From NCBI GenBank assembly GCA_000224765.2, contig AGAU01000064.1, forward strand, positions 12,508 to 76,507: DNA of 64,000 bases, in the 5' to 3' direction. The DNA comes from SAR324 cluster bacterium JCVI-SC AAA005. GTDB lineage: Bacteria; SAR324; NAC60-12. The position numbers were made by a program, and so were the translations under genes. The notes beneath the pieces are model-generated. The model worked only from the letters and a program-made list of their open reading frames with translations, was not told the DNA's origin and did not search any database. Numbering within the stretch: the first letter of the stretch is position 1; each line of letters begins with the position of its first letter. Of the stretch, positions 30,642-39,991 are shown one piece after another.

Positions 30642-31349
30642 ATGAAAGTTCTTCTCGCAGGGGGCAGTGGTCGGGTAGCAACACTTGTCACTCCCTTTCT
30701 AGCCAATCATCATCAACTGCGTATTTACGATCGTAATCCACCAGCTGATCAGTCGGTGGAATTTCTTCAAGGAGAATTAACCGATCCAGTTGCTTTAGAT
30801 AAAGCTGTCGAGGGAATGGAAGCTTTCATTTATCTGGCAATGGGCAGGGAAGACTGGGATACCTGGCAAGGAGTTGACTCTGCTTACGATGTGAATGTCA
30901 AGGGTCTGCATTTCCTATTGAGAAGCGCTCAGGCCGCAGGGATTCAACAAGCGGTTTATTGTAGCAGTATGTCGGTATATGCGGACCTTCGGAAGCGCTA
31001 CTTTCAAGATGAGGATATTCCACCAGATGAAACGGAGCTTTATGGTTTCACGAAGTGGATAGGTGAAGAGATTTGCCGCAATGCTTGGCGAAGATGGGGA
31101 ATGCATACTAATGCCCTGCGTCTTTGTCATCCCACCCTGAAAGAAAAGTGGAATCTGGAGACCCGGGAAGGAGTTACTACAATAGCTACAACTGACGAAG
31201 ATGTTGCCTCTGCAATGTTGGGAGCACTTGAACTGAAGGCGGGTTTTCAGGCATTTATGATCAGTGGAGACTTTGAGCAGAAGATTATGTGCATGGCCAA
31301 AGCTGAACGTATGTTGGGTTGGACTCCTAAAGCCCGACCCATCAGATAA
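30642..31349 (+). CDS. Extended SDR, NAD-dependent epimerase/dehydrogenase (uronate dehydrogenase-like)
   Basis: GGSGRVA Rossmann loop; SSMSVY; YGFTK catalytic YxxxK. Confidence 0.82.
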   Translation: MKVLLAGGSGRVATLVTPFLANHHQLRIYDRNPPADQSVEFLQGELTDPVALDKAVEGMEAFIYLAMGREDWDTWQGVDSAYDVNVKGLHFLLRSAQAAGIQQAVYCSSMSVYADLRKRYFQDEDIPPDETELYGFTKWIGEEICRNAWRRWGMHTNALRLCHPTLKEKWNLETREGVTTIATTDEDVASAMLGALELKAGFQAFMISGDFEQKIMCMAKAERMLGWTPKARPIR

Positions 31350-31439
31350 TGTCCAATTGGCAAATGAAATTCATGCAGATTTGCTTCAATAAAATCTTCA
31401 ATCTGCTGATGAAAACTAACTTCTTGAAGAGAGATAAAA

Positions 31440-31958
31440 ATGGCTTTTTTGGTAAAGAAACGTGGAAAGTTATCCTACTACTATGAGGGTGAAGATCCTG
31501 TCTTATCAGCAATGGTAGTAGAAGAACAGCCTGATGGAGACCTGCGGATTCACTTCTCCGGACTTACTGGAGGGCACTCTGCTACGAAGGTTCTTCAGTT
31601 AGATTCAGTCACCACCATGGAACCTGCGATTGAAGTTCCTCTAGTCTTTCGTTGCTGGGAGCATTGGTTGCGGGAAGCTGGTATTTGTCAGTCCATTGCT
31701 GAAATTGACTTTATAGAGATTCATGCATTTGGAGCTCAACCGAAGTCTCCCAGTCCTCTGTCTGATCCTACAGGGTATCGCAAAGAGCAAGAACGAGTTC
31801 GTGCTGAATATGCGAAGGCTTACCGCAATTTCTTCAAGGAGAATTGTCCACAAAACGGAGTTCCTGCTCGTTTTACAGTACATGTTGTCGACTTCCCAGA
31901 TGAAGCAGCTTCCTATGAATTTTATGGAGTAGGTCTTTTGCAGCAGGATCATGGTTGA
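31440..31958 (+). CDS. Divergent RidA/YjgF/UK114-fold protein
   Basis: IHFSGL; AYRNFF; PARFTVHVVDFP...YEFYG matches the Rid signature PARxxVxVxxLP...VEI. Confidence 0.6.
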   Translation: MAFLVKKRGKLSYYYEGEDPVLSAMVVEEQPDGDLRIHFSGLTGGHSATKVLQLDSVTTMEPAIEVPLVFRCWEHWLREAGICQSIAEIDFIEIHAFGAQPKSPSPLSDPTGYRKEQERVRAEYAKAYRNFFKENCPQNGVPARFTVHVVDFPDEAASYEFYGVGLLQQDHG

Positions 31959-32035
31959 GAAAATTTTGAGAGAAACAGCCTTGATATGATGAACATTTAT
32001 CAAAGCTAAAAATATTTGTTCCCAGAAAGGAATCC

Positions 32036-33142
32036 ATGAGTTCAAATTACAAATCGCTTGGGATTCGGCCTATTGTTAACGCGAATGCCACACTAACTAA
32101 ACTTGGTGGTTCACTGATGCCTGCAGAGGTTCGTCAAGTGATGCAGGATGCTGCTCAATCCTTCGTTGACATGCATGATCTTCAACAGAAAGTTGGGGGT
32201 CGCTTGGCAGAAATAACGCGGAATGAAGCTGCCTTTGTTAGTTGTGGAGCTGCGACAGGGTTGCTGCTGGCAACAGCTGCATGCATCCAAAAAGCCTCGG
32301 GAGCAACCTATGAAAACTTTCCTAATCCACCAGAAACTCAGAATGAAGTCATCGTTCAAAGAATGCATCGGAATCCATACGATTATGCGGTAAGACAGGC
32401 TGGAGCTTCATTGGTTGAAATTGGGACAATGAACGGCACTTCCCCAGATGACCTGGAAAACGCCTACAGTTCTTCGACGGTTGCTATTTTCTGGTTCCAG
32501 GGTGACATGAATCAGCCATATGAACTCTCTTTAAAAGATGTAATTCAATCCGCTCAAAAGCATGGTGTGCCAGTCATTGTAGATGGAGCTGCGCAGTTGC
32601 CCCCCGTCAGCAATCTGTGGAATTTCACTCAACAAGGGGCAGACCTAGCAATTTTTAGCGGTGGCAAGGACTTGTCAGGTCCACAGGCATCCGGACTAGT
32701 AGTTGGAAAGTGGGAATGGATCGAGCTGCTCAGGGTCTTGGGTGCCCCCAATCACGGTGTTGGGAGACCTATGAAGGTTGGCAAGGAAGAAATGATGGGC
32801 CTCTTAGCGGCAGTGGAGCGCTATGTAAGCCTTGACCACGATCATTTGCTGGAAGTCTATGAGCACCGTGTCCAGATCTGGATTCAAGGATTGAATGGAA
32901 AAGGTGGACTCTCGGCCAAAAGAGATTATCCCAATGAAGCAGGACAACCGGTCCCAAGAGCCCTAGTTCAGCTTCCAGACAAGTTACCAAAAGATCAACT
33001 AGTTGCCCAGTTAATGGATAGCGAACCTGCTGTTTCTGTTGCTCCCTCTGAGACCCTGAACGCCATCCTTCTCAATCCAATGACGGTAAGCGATGAAGAG
33101 ACGCAGATTGTCTTGGATCAGATTCTTAGTCTAATCTATTAG
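32036..33142 (+). CDS. SelA-like PLP-dependent enzyme (DgaE D-glucosaminate ammonia-lyase family)
   Basis: NANATLTKLGGS, VDGAAQ, FSGGKDLSGPQASG (PLP Lys) and GRPMKVGKEE. Confidence 0.82.
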   Translation: MSSNYKSLGIRPIVNANATLTKLGGSLMPAEVRQVMQDAAQSFVDMHDLQQKVGGRLAEITRNEAAFVSCGAATGLLLATAACIQKASGATYENFPNPPETQNEVIVQRMHRNPYDYAVRQAGASLVEIGTMNGTSPDDLENAYSSSTVAIFWFQGDMNQPYELSLKDVIQSAQKHGVPVIVDGAAQLPPVSNLWNFTQQGADLAIFSGGKDLSGPQASGLVVGKWEWIELLRVLGAPNHGVGRPMKVGKEEMMGLLAAVERYVSLDHDHLLEVYEHRVQIWIQGLNGKGGLSAKRDYPNEAGQPVPRALVQLPDKLPKDQLVAQLMDSEPAVSVAPSETLNAILLNPMTVSDEETQIVLDQILSLIY

Positions 33143-33203
33143 ATTTCTTGCTCATTTTGCCGCTAGTTTCAAGAATTGATGTTTATAAGATAAAAGGAGT
33201 TCT

Positions 33204-34139
33204 GTGCCTAAACCAAATTTGTCGGCTCATGGTACGCAAGTAGTCAAACCAGATGACTTTGATCAGTTTTGGCAGGAAATTATGGATGAAGCAGACTCAA
33301 TTCCATTGAACGCTTCGATTGAATTGGATCCTTTACGCTCAAGCAAAGAAGTGGAAGTGTTTGAGGTCGAGTACGACAGCCTCGATGGTCTGCGGATCGC
33401 TGGCTGGTATTGTCTACCCAAAGACAGAACTAAGCCTCTTCCAGCTCGAGTGTTCTATCCTGGCTATATCAGTGAGCCAACCTTGCCAAAATCACATGCT
33501 GCCCAAGGTTATGCGACCTTTGGTGCTGCTCCACGGGGCAAGTTACGGAGCAATGGCAAATTCAACCCCGGATATCCTGGATTATTGACCCACAATATCA
33601 AAGATCGAAACAGATATGGTTACAAAGGATTTTACATTGATGCGGTGAGAGCCATTGATTTTCTAATCGAGCAACCTGAGGTTGACTCTGACCGCATTGG
33701 AATTCAAGGAAGTAGCCAGGGGGGAGCCTTGACCCTTGTGGTAGCTGCACTCCGCCAACAAATTCTAGCTGCTTCTGCTGGAGCACCTTATCTTGCTGGA
33801 GTTGTGGATGCTTTTAAACTGACCCGAACGTATCCATATGAGGAGATCAACGATTATCTTGGAATTTATCCTGACCAGTGGGCAGATATAGTTAGTACTT
33901 GGAATTATTATGATTGTATCAATTTTGCGGAGCGGATTCGATGTCCCATCATCGTCTACATTGGTCTTCAAGACGATGTCTGCCCTCCAGAGACCGCCTA
34001 TCCACTGATGGAAAAGATCAGTTCGTCTGCCAAGAAGCTCTATGAATACGAAGGGCATGGCCATGACGCTAATCATCATGAGCATGATCATGTGGTAGAT
34101 GCTTTTTTTGACACACAGTTGAAAACAGCTCGTTCTTGA
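33204..34139 (+). CDS. CE7 acetyl esterase / cephalosporin-C deacetylase family
   Basis: PDDFDQFW, GSSQGG nucleophile, GLQDDVCPP and GHGH. Confidence 0.88.
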   Translation: MPKPNLSAHGTQVVKPDDFDQFWQEIMDEADSIPLNASIELDPLRSSKEVEVFEVEYDSLDGLRIAGWYCLPKDRTKPLPARVFYPGYISEPTLPKSHAAQGYATFGAAPRGKLRSNGKFNPGYPGLLTHNIKDRNRYGYKGFYIDAVRAIDFLIEQPEVDSDRIGIQGSSQGGALTLVVAALRQQILAASAGAPYLAGVVDAFKLTRTYPYEEINDYLGIYPDQWADIVSTWNYYDCINFAERIRCPIIVYIGLQDDVCPPETAYPLMEKISSSAKKLYEYEGHGHDANHHEHDHVVDAFFDTQLKTARS

Positions 34140-34168
34140 GTCACCAAGCTCTGAGAATATAAGGAATT

Positions 34169-35035
34169 ATGAAACCCAAAGACTTTGACCAATTCTGGGC
34201 TTGTATTGAAAACGACTTGAGTGCAGTGGTTCTGGAGCCAGAATTGAGAGAACTTTTCATTCGCAGCAAACCCGAATTCAACGTGTACGGCTTGTGGCTG
34301 TCCAGTTTAAAAGGTTATCGAATATTTGCTTACTACAGTGTACCAAGGGGTGAAGGACCGTTCCCAGTCATTTACCATCTCCCAAATTATGGGAGTGTAG
34401 TCCATATTCCACCTTTTGAAGAACGTTGCAAATATATCTGTGTGGCTTTGTGCCACCGAGGCCAACGACTCTCTGATTTGCCATTTGCAGCTTCATATCC
34501 TGGTTTGTTGACTATGGGGATTGAAGCTGCGGATTCTTATATTTACAGAGATATAGCCGGAGATTGCTTATCTGTCATGGACTTTTTGAAAGGTCGTGAA
34601 GAAGTGGATACGGGAAAAATATGTTTATTAGGTGGTGAATTAGCGCTTTGGACAGCGGCTCGTAGGTCTGAAGCAGCCGCACTCCATTATACTCCTGCAC
34701 TTCATTACAACTCCTTAAAGAGGGCATCCCAGACCAGTGATTATCCACTGGAAGAGTTTAATGATCACTTGCGAGGCTCAACGGCCTCTCGCGTTTCTGT
34801 GGAGACAACTCTATCTTATTTCGAGCCAGTCTATCATGCTCCCAAAGTTCAAATACCGACCATGTTAGTTGAGGATTCTGTGGGATCCTGTGAGGATCTA
34901 GTGAATGCTTTTGCTGGGCCTGTTCTTAGAGTACCTTTTCAACATTCGAGTTATCGAGATGGTGTTCGACAAGCAAAATGGATTGCAGACAAACTTGATA
35001 GTGGCCTGCCAATCTTACCAGCACATTGGTGCTAA
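34169..35035 (+). CDS. CE7-family paralog lacking the catalytic serine (pseudoenzyme)
   Basis: PKDFDQFW, RGQ and YPLEE retained; GxSQGG collapsed to LLGGEL; ORF intact. Confidence 0.75.
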   Translation: MKPKDFDQFWACIENDLSAVVLEPELRELFIRSKPEFNVYGLWLSSLKGYRIFAYYSVPRGEGPFPVIYHLPNYGSVVHIPPFEERCKYICVALCHRGQRLSDLPFAASYPGLLTMGIEAADSYIYRDIAGDCLSVMDFLKGREEVDTGKICLLGGELALWTAARRSEAAALHYTPALHYNSLKRASQTSDYPLEEFNDHLRGSTASRVSVETTLSYFEPVYHAPKVQIPTMLVEDSVGSCEDLVNAFAGPVLRVPFQHSSYRDGVRQAKWIADKLDSGLPILPAHWC

Positions 35036-35056
35036 ATTTTGAGGCCAAACAAAATT

Positions 35057-36193
35057 TCACTGCAATCGTAAACCACACTCTGCGTGATGAATTCCCTGTA
35101 CGGCAAGTAGTGGATGAATCAATTTAGTTAGATTTAGACTATCTCCAAGGCTATCTTTGACAGAAGTGTTTGTTTGATCTACACGGAACACGGTTAGGTC
35201 AGCTTTCTGCCCGACGGTCAGCCAATCATCACCTTCTGTTGGGTCTAAAAATGCAGAGGGTCTGGTTGAGCCCGCGGCAATTACCTTCTCGAGTGGCATC
35301 CCCAGATTCAAAAGCTTTGAAAAGGTGGTTGGCAGGTCGTAGGCTGGTCCCTTGATGCTGTTTCGGTGCAGGTCGGTGCTGATCAAATCTGTTTCGATTC
35401 CATTATCTCTCGCGAAGCGCATGACCTTGAAAGAAAAAGAGGCTGCACCATGCCCAACGTCAAGCAAAACCCCTCGTGCTCGGGCTTCGTGGACGGCAGC
35501 AAGTGACCTCTGGTCTTCCATGAGATTGCCACCAGGTTTCCCATGAAAGGCATGGGTGACCACATCTCCTTCCTCGAGAAGATCAAGAACGTCTTCAAGC
35601 AAGGGTGGTGGTTCGCCCACATGAACGATCAATGGCAACCCTGCCACACGGGCTACCTTCCTCGCTACTCGAACCGCTTCAGCACCCAAGTCTCCAGTGA
35701 TGACATGACTAGCTCTGCACTTGACCCCGCGAATTAGGTCCGGATAATTTTCAATTGTCTTTAAAGTTCTTTCCACATTAACTGAACGGAATCCAAGGGA
35801 AAGTTCACTTATTCGATTGCAGGCTACAAGTCCGATGCTACCAATATTCAAGAAAGCAAAAAGCCTCTCTTTGGCCTGTTTCGCAATAAATTCTGAAAAC
35901 CCAATAAAGTTGGCTTCCCCAGCAGATCCACAATCAACTAAAGTTGTCACTCCAGTCTCAAGTCCCGCCTGTTCAGGCCGGATGGAAATGTCGGTCGCCC
36001 CAAAATAGACGTGAACGTGAAGATCCACCCAACCTCTTGAAATCATTGCATTTTCAAATGAATACTCTTTATGACCTTTTGGGTTGTCCAATTGAAGTCC
36101 AAGTCTAGTGATTTTGCCTTTTTCGATTTCAAGATCGATTAATTGTGATTCTGTATTTGAGTTGTTCAAAGGGGTGACGTTGCGGATGATCAT
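35057..36193 (-). CDS. Amidohydrolase/deacetylase, dihydroorotase-like (EF_0837 type)
   Basis: DLHVH, DCGSAG, GVKCRAS, VHVG, THAFHGK, DVGHG and ISTDLH. Confidence 0.85.
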   Translation of the reverse strand: MIIRNVTPLNNSNTESQLIDLEIEKGKITRLGLQLDNPKGHKEYSFENAMISRGWVDLHVHVYFGATDISIRPEQAGLETGVTTLVDCGSAGEANFIGFSEFIAKQAKERLFAFLNIGSIGLVACNRISELSLGFRSVNVERTLKTIENYPDLIRGVKCRASHVITGDLGAEAVRVARKVARVAGLPLIVHVGEPPPLLEDVLDLLEEGDVVTHAFHGKPGGNLMEDQRSLAAVHEARARGVLLDVGHGAASFSFKVMRFARDNGIETDLISTDLHRNSIKGPAYDLPTTFSKLLNLGMPLEKVIAAGSTRPSAFLDPTEGDDWLTVGQKADLTVFRVDQTNTSVKDSLGDSLNLTKLIHPLLAVQGIHHAECGLRLQ

Positions 36194-36320
36194 GTTGAAT
36201 CCAATTTCAAAAGATTTCAAAAAACTTTAAAAATATAGCCATTCAATTTAAGGATTGTGTCCAAGGTAGTTAAGTTGCAATTACGAATATTGCATAAAAA
36301 ATTTAGACTAAGATCACGAA

Positions 36321-37211
36321 GTGCCCCTAAAAGTCATTCCCCTTAATCCCAAATTAATAGATTTTGTTGCAAAGGTAGAAGGTATCTCACTTGGAGAACC
36401 ATTGGCAGTCAAAAGTGTAGAAGCCATCTTCAACGCTTTGGATCGATTCGCAGTACTAGTTTTTCCAAATCAAGTATTGACAGATGAACAGCACATTCGT
36501 TTCAGTCGTTACTTCGGTGACTTGGAGTTGGCTACTGGCGATTACATGAAGCAAGATGACCGACGATTGCAGATGGAATTAAATGACATTTCCAATCTTG
36601 ATCGTACAGGCGGAAAAATAGAAGCTGCTGATGTCAAGAGGCTATTTTCCCTTGGAAATATGCTTTGGCATTCAGACAGTTCGTTCAAGGCTATTCCGGC
36701 ACAATATTCAATCCTTTCTGCCAAGATCATCCCTGCTACTGAAGGGGATACAGAGTTTGCAGACATGAGAGCTGCTTGGAAGGCATTAGATGAAAAAACT
36801 CAACAGAAATGTCTTGGCCAAGTGACTTGTCACAGTCAACTCTACTCCAGGGGAGAACTTGGATTTACGGATTTTCGGGAAGACCAGCAGAAAGCAATGG
36901 TTCCAGTCAGGCAGGCTCTTGTTCGGAGTCACCCCAGGACAAAGAAAATTTCACTGTATCTTTCTGCACATGCAGGCATGATTGAAGGTTGGACAATTCC
37001 AGAAGCAAGGATCTTTCTGAAGCGATTGTCCGAACAAGCCACCCAGCGAGAATTTGTTTATAGACATAGGTGGAGAGTAAATGACTTAGTGATCTGGGAC
37101 AATCAAGCTACAATGCACCGTGCGATGGGCTTTGATAACAAACAAGTTCGCGATATGAGGCGCACAACAATTGCGGGTAATATCTCCTCTCTCAAGGATA
37201 TGCCCTCTTAA
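36321..37211 (+). CDS. TauD/TfdA-family Fe(II)/2-oxoglutarate dioxygenase (TfdA/SdpA-like)
   Basis: WHSDSS, GDTEFADMRAA, WDNQATMHRA and RDMRRTT. Confidence 0.87.
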   Translation: MPLKVIPLNPKLIDFVAKVEGISLGEPLAVKSVEAIFNALDRFAVLVFPNQVLTDEQHIRFSRYFGDLELATGDYMKQDDRRLQMELNDISNLDRTGGKIEAADVKRLFSLGNMLWHSDSSFKAIPAQYSILSAKIIPATEGDTEFADMRAAWKALDEKTQQKCLGQVTCHSQLYSRGELGFTDFREDQQKAMVPVRQALVRSHPRTKKISLYLSAHAGMIEGWTIPEARIFLKRLSEQATQREFVYRHRWRVNDLVIWDNQATMHRAMGFDNKQVRDMRRTTIAGNISSLKDMPS

Positions 37212-37318
37212 AAGTCGGGGATAGAAGATCGGAATGAAAAGTTGTTGATAGGAGAAAATAATTAATTTCGATACAAAAAACGATAAGAATTAAAATAAGC
37301 ATATTTGTTATCAACTAT

Positions 37319-38420
37319 TTAATTTTTAACATAAACCCATTTTCTAGAGTCTGCAGCTTCTAAGATTGCATCTGCCACGGCCTGTGCACGCATCCCATGA
37401 AAAGAAGATGGAATGCACTCTCTATCCTCTCGAATGGCTCTAATAAACTCCCAAGCTTGATCGTATCTAAAGTAAACAACCTTATCACCCTCCATTGGAT
37501 TTCGTGGTGAATCCAATTTTTTCAAGAATTCGTCGGGGACAGGTTGAGGTTGATAGGGTTTTCCGCGATTACTTAAAAGGATTTGGTGGGGATTATGTAG
37601 CTGATAAACTACAGACGCTTCTGTACCGTTCAACTCTGCTTGATCGTGGTCCCCTCTTGGTCCAAAGCCTTTATTGAGCTTTCCAATTTCAAATACCCCT
37701 GTGGCACCATTCTCAAATTGGGCGATCCAGGCAACCCAATCCTCTACGTCCTGAGGTGGACAAGGTTTTCCACTCTTCGTAAGTCCCCGAGTTGCCCATT
37801 GTTTTGTGTGGGCGCACAACGAAGAGATAGGCCCTAGCAGATCTTCAGCAAAATCAATTCGGTGAATGCCCATGTCTCAGTTCCCCTGAGCCAGCCTGCA
37901 GATAATACTGGAGCCAGCCAATCGCTCTTTCGCCCCAGTCCTGCAGACGGTGGAATCTCTCATGACGAATCTCGCCTAGTGCACCAGTGCGCACCAAATG
38001 ACGTATGTAGTTCATCGCAGGAACAAATCGATAGGTGAAAGCTGTCATGTGCCTTAGTTGTGTTTTCTGAACAACCTCAAGAATTTCTTTGGTCTCCTGA
38101 AGATTCATACCCAGTGGTTTTTCACAAAGCACATGGGAGCCGGAAGCAAAGGCTTTCAGAATCAGGGATTTGTGAGTGCAGTTTGGGGTGGCAATCACTA
38201 CAGCATTAGGTTTTATTTCCAATAGCAGTTCATCAACATCGCCAAAAGAAGCTTCTACTCTCCATTCCCTGCTCCGTATCTCCCGCAGGGAAGCATCCGG
38301 ATCACAGATTCCTACAATATCTACTCCTGGAATTCTAGAAAAACCAGGATAGTGAACTTGGGCACACACTCCACCCAACCCAATCATTGCTACTCGAATC
38401 GTCTTTGCACTCATAGCCAA
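37319..38420 (-). pseudogene. Gfo/Idh/MocA oxidoreductase, frameshifted
   Basis: N-half has GLGG and HVLCEKP; the GSGELxDMGIHRID motif is split across frames near 37875. Confidence 0.8.
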
Positions 38421-39088
38421 CTCCTTTGAACTATTCTATTTATTCCAAGCTTTCATACATCTTCATGGGAGTCTGCATGGATACCTTCCTAGGATCTAGC
38501 ATAACCATTTTGTTTGGAAGTACATCCTGCCCGTATGAATCCTTGTTCAGTGTTTTTGAAGAAGCAATCATCACTTGATCTGTTTGGTTCTGTTGATTTC
38601 GGGGATTCATTGAAATCAGAGAGTTCAACTAGGTAGCAGGTGCATGGAGAATGAATTTTCAATTTCGGTATCGCTGAAGCTGCAGAAAGCAACGTAAGAC
38701 TTGTCCACAACGGCAACATTCAGGTGACTTGGTTCCCAATCTTCCTGTACTTGTGTGATCTTCATTACCCGAGTTACAGCTGCCAAGAGATTCTTTTTGT
38801 TCCAGTCAAATGGGATTTCATGCGTTTGCGCGGGCTGACTTCGTAGGTTTGGCAAATACCGGCCGACTCCACAGCTGTTCCAATTCAAAGGTTTTGAACA
38901 TTCTTTTGAATGGAACTTTGCCAAATGAAAGATTGCTGTAAATTTGTCAACAAAGTGAACATGCTGTCTGGAGATCTTAGTTAGAGCGTGAAGCAAAAAA
39001 TTATGGTAATTGAAAGAATTCTTAAAGAATTATAGGGCACAAAATATAAGCATTAGAGTGACCCGTACTGTAGCTAATAACTTTATAG

Positions 39089-39772
39089 TCAGTAGTTGCC
39101 TCTTACATAATTTTCAGGGTAAGTTCGGCCAATCCATTCCTGAACTTTTGGATGTTGGTCGACAGCTAAACAGACTCTTCTGGTTTTTGGAAAGTCTTCG
39201 AGAAGACTTTTGGGCATCCCATCCAATAATCCAGAGGTAAACCAACCCAAAACCCTCCAAATTGCGATATCGGCAATGCTGATCGAAGCAGGAACAATCC
39301 AATCAGATCTCTCTGTAATACAACGCTCTAACATGCCTAGTTTTCTTTTGATAGGGCCTTTTGCCAATTCTATCCTCGCAGTTATTTTTTGATCTTTATC
39401 ATTAATCTGGTTAGTACTGGAAACCATGGTGTTAAGGTCTGTAGCAAAATCGATAAACTGGTCAATTTTTGCAGCTTTGAGGTGATCGTTAACTGGGTAA
39501 AGCCCTGATAATTTTCCACAAAACCTCGCAATACTACCTGTTTGGGCAATCGATGTTCCGTCCACTTCCAGAACTGGCATTTGATGGAAAGGCATAACAG
39601 TGCCATCATCTAATTTTCCAGATTCCTTTGCCCTCAGAAACTCTTCACGGTCAATTCGTAAATCCTCGAATTCTACGTCCCCAATAAAGAGAGTGATTCT
39701 GGCAACTTCAGCTCTCCAAAAAGGCATGTTTGTGTAAATAAATTTTAACTGCATATTAGGTGACTTTCTCAT
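39089..39772 (-). CDS. Glutathione S-transferase, sigma-class-like
   Basis: RAE..R, PFHQMPVLEVDG, AQTGSIARF and SIADI. Confidence 0.88.
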   Translation of the reverse strand: MRKSPNMQLKFIYTNMPFWRAEVARITLFIGDVEFEDLRIDREEFLRAKESGKLDDGTVMPFHQMPVLEVDGTSIAQTGSIARFCGKLSGLYPVNDHLKAAKIDQFIDFATDLNTMVSSTNQINDKDQKITARIELAKGPIKRKLGMLERCITERSDWIVPASISIADIAIWRVLGWFTSGLLDGMPKSLLEDFPKTRRVCLAVDQHPKVQEWIGRTYPENYVRGNY

Positions 39773-39818
39773 TATTTAAAGTGATTGGGAGACGAAACTT
39801 GATGAATCGCCGGATGGA

Positions 39819-39846
39819 TATTACTCTTCGCCTTCCATTCGTCAAG
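39819..39846 (-). promoter_or_regulatory. Possible sigma70 promoter for the GST gene
   Basis: Minus strand reads TTGACG-N16-TAATAT about 45 bp upstream of the start. Confidence 0.3.
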
Positions 39847-39991
39847 AGCGTGATTGAGGAACTTTAGGCATATTTAGCTTAGTTCAAAGGTAGACTTTGT
39901 CAGTAAAGGATTCTGCTGAATGAGAAAATTTGTTTGAGACCAAAATTAAAAGATAAATTTTTTTCATAAAATCAGTGCTTATTTGGAGTGA

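Noticed and set aside
32036-33142. Selenocysteine synthase selA
   Set aside because: Shorter than true SelA, no selB/selC/selD nearby, and motifs and context fit the DgaE-like subfamily
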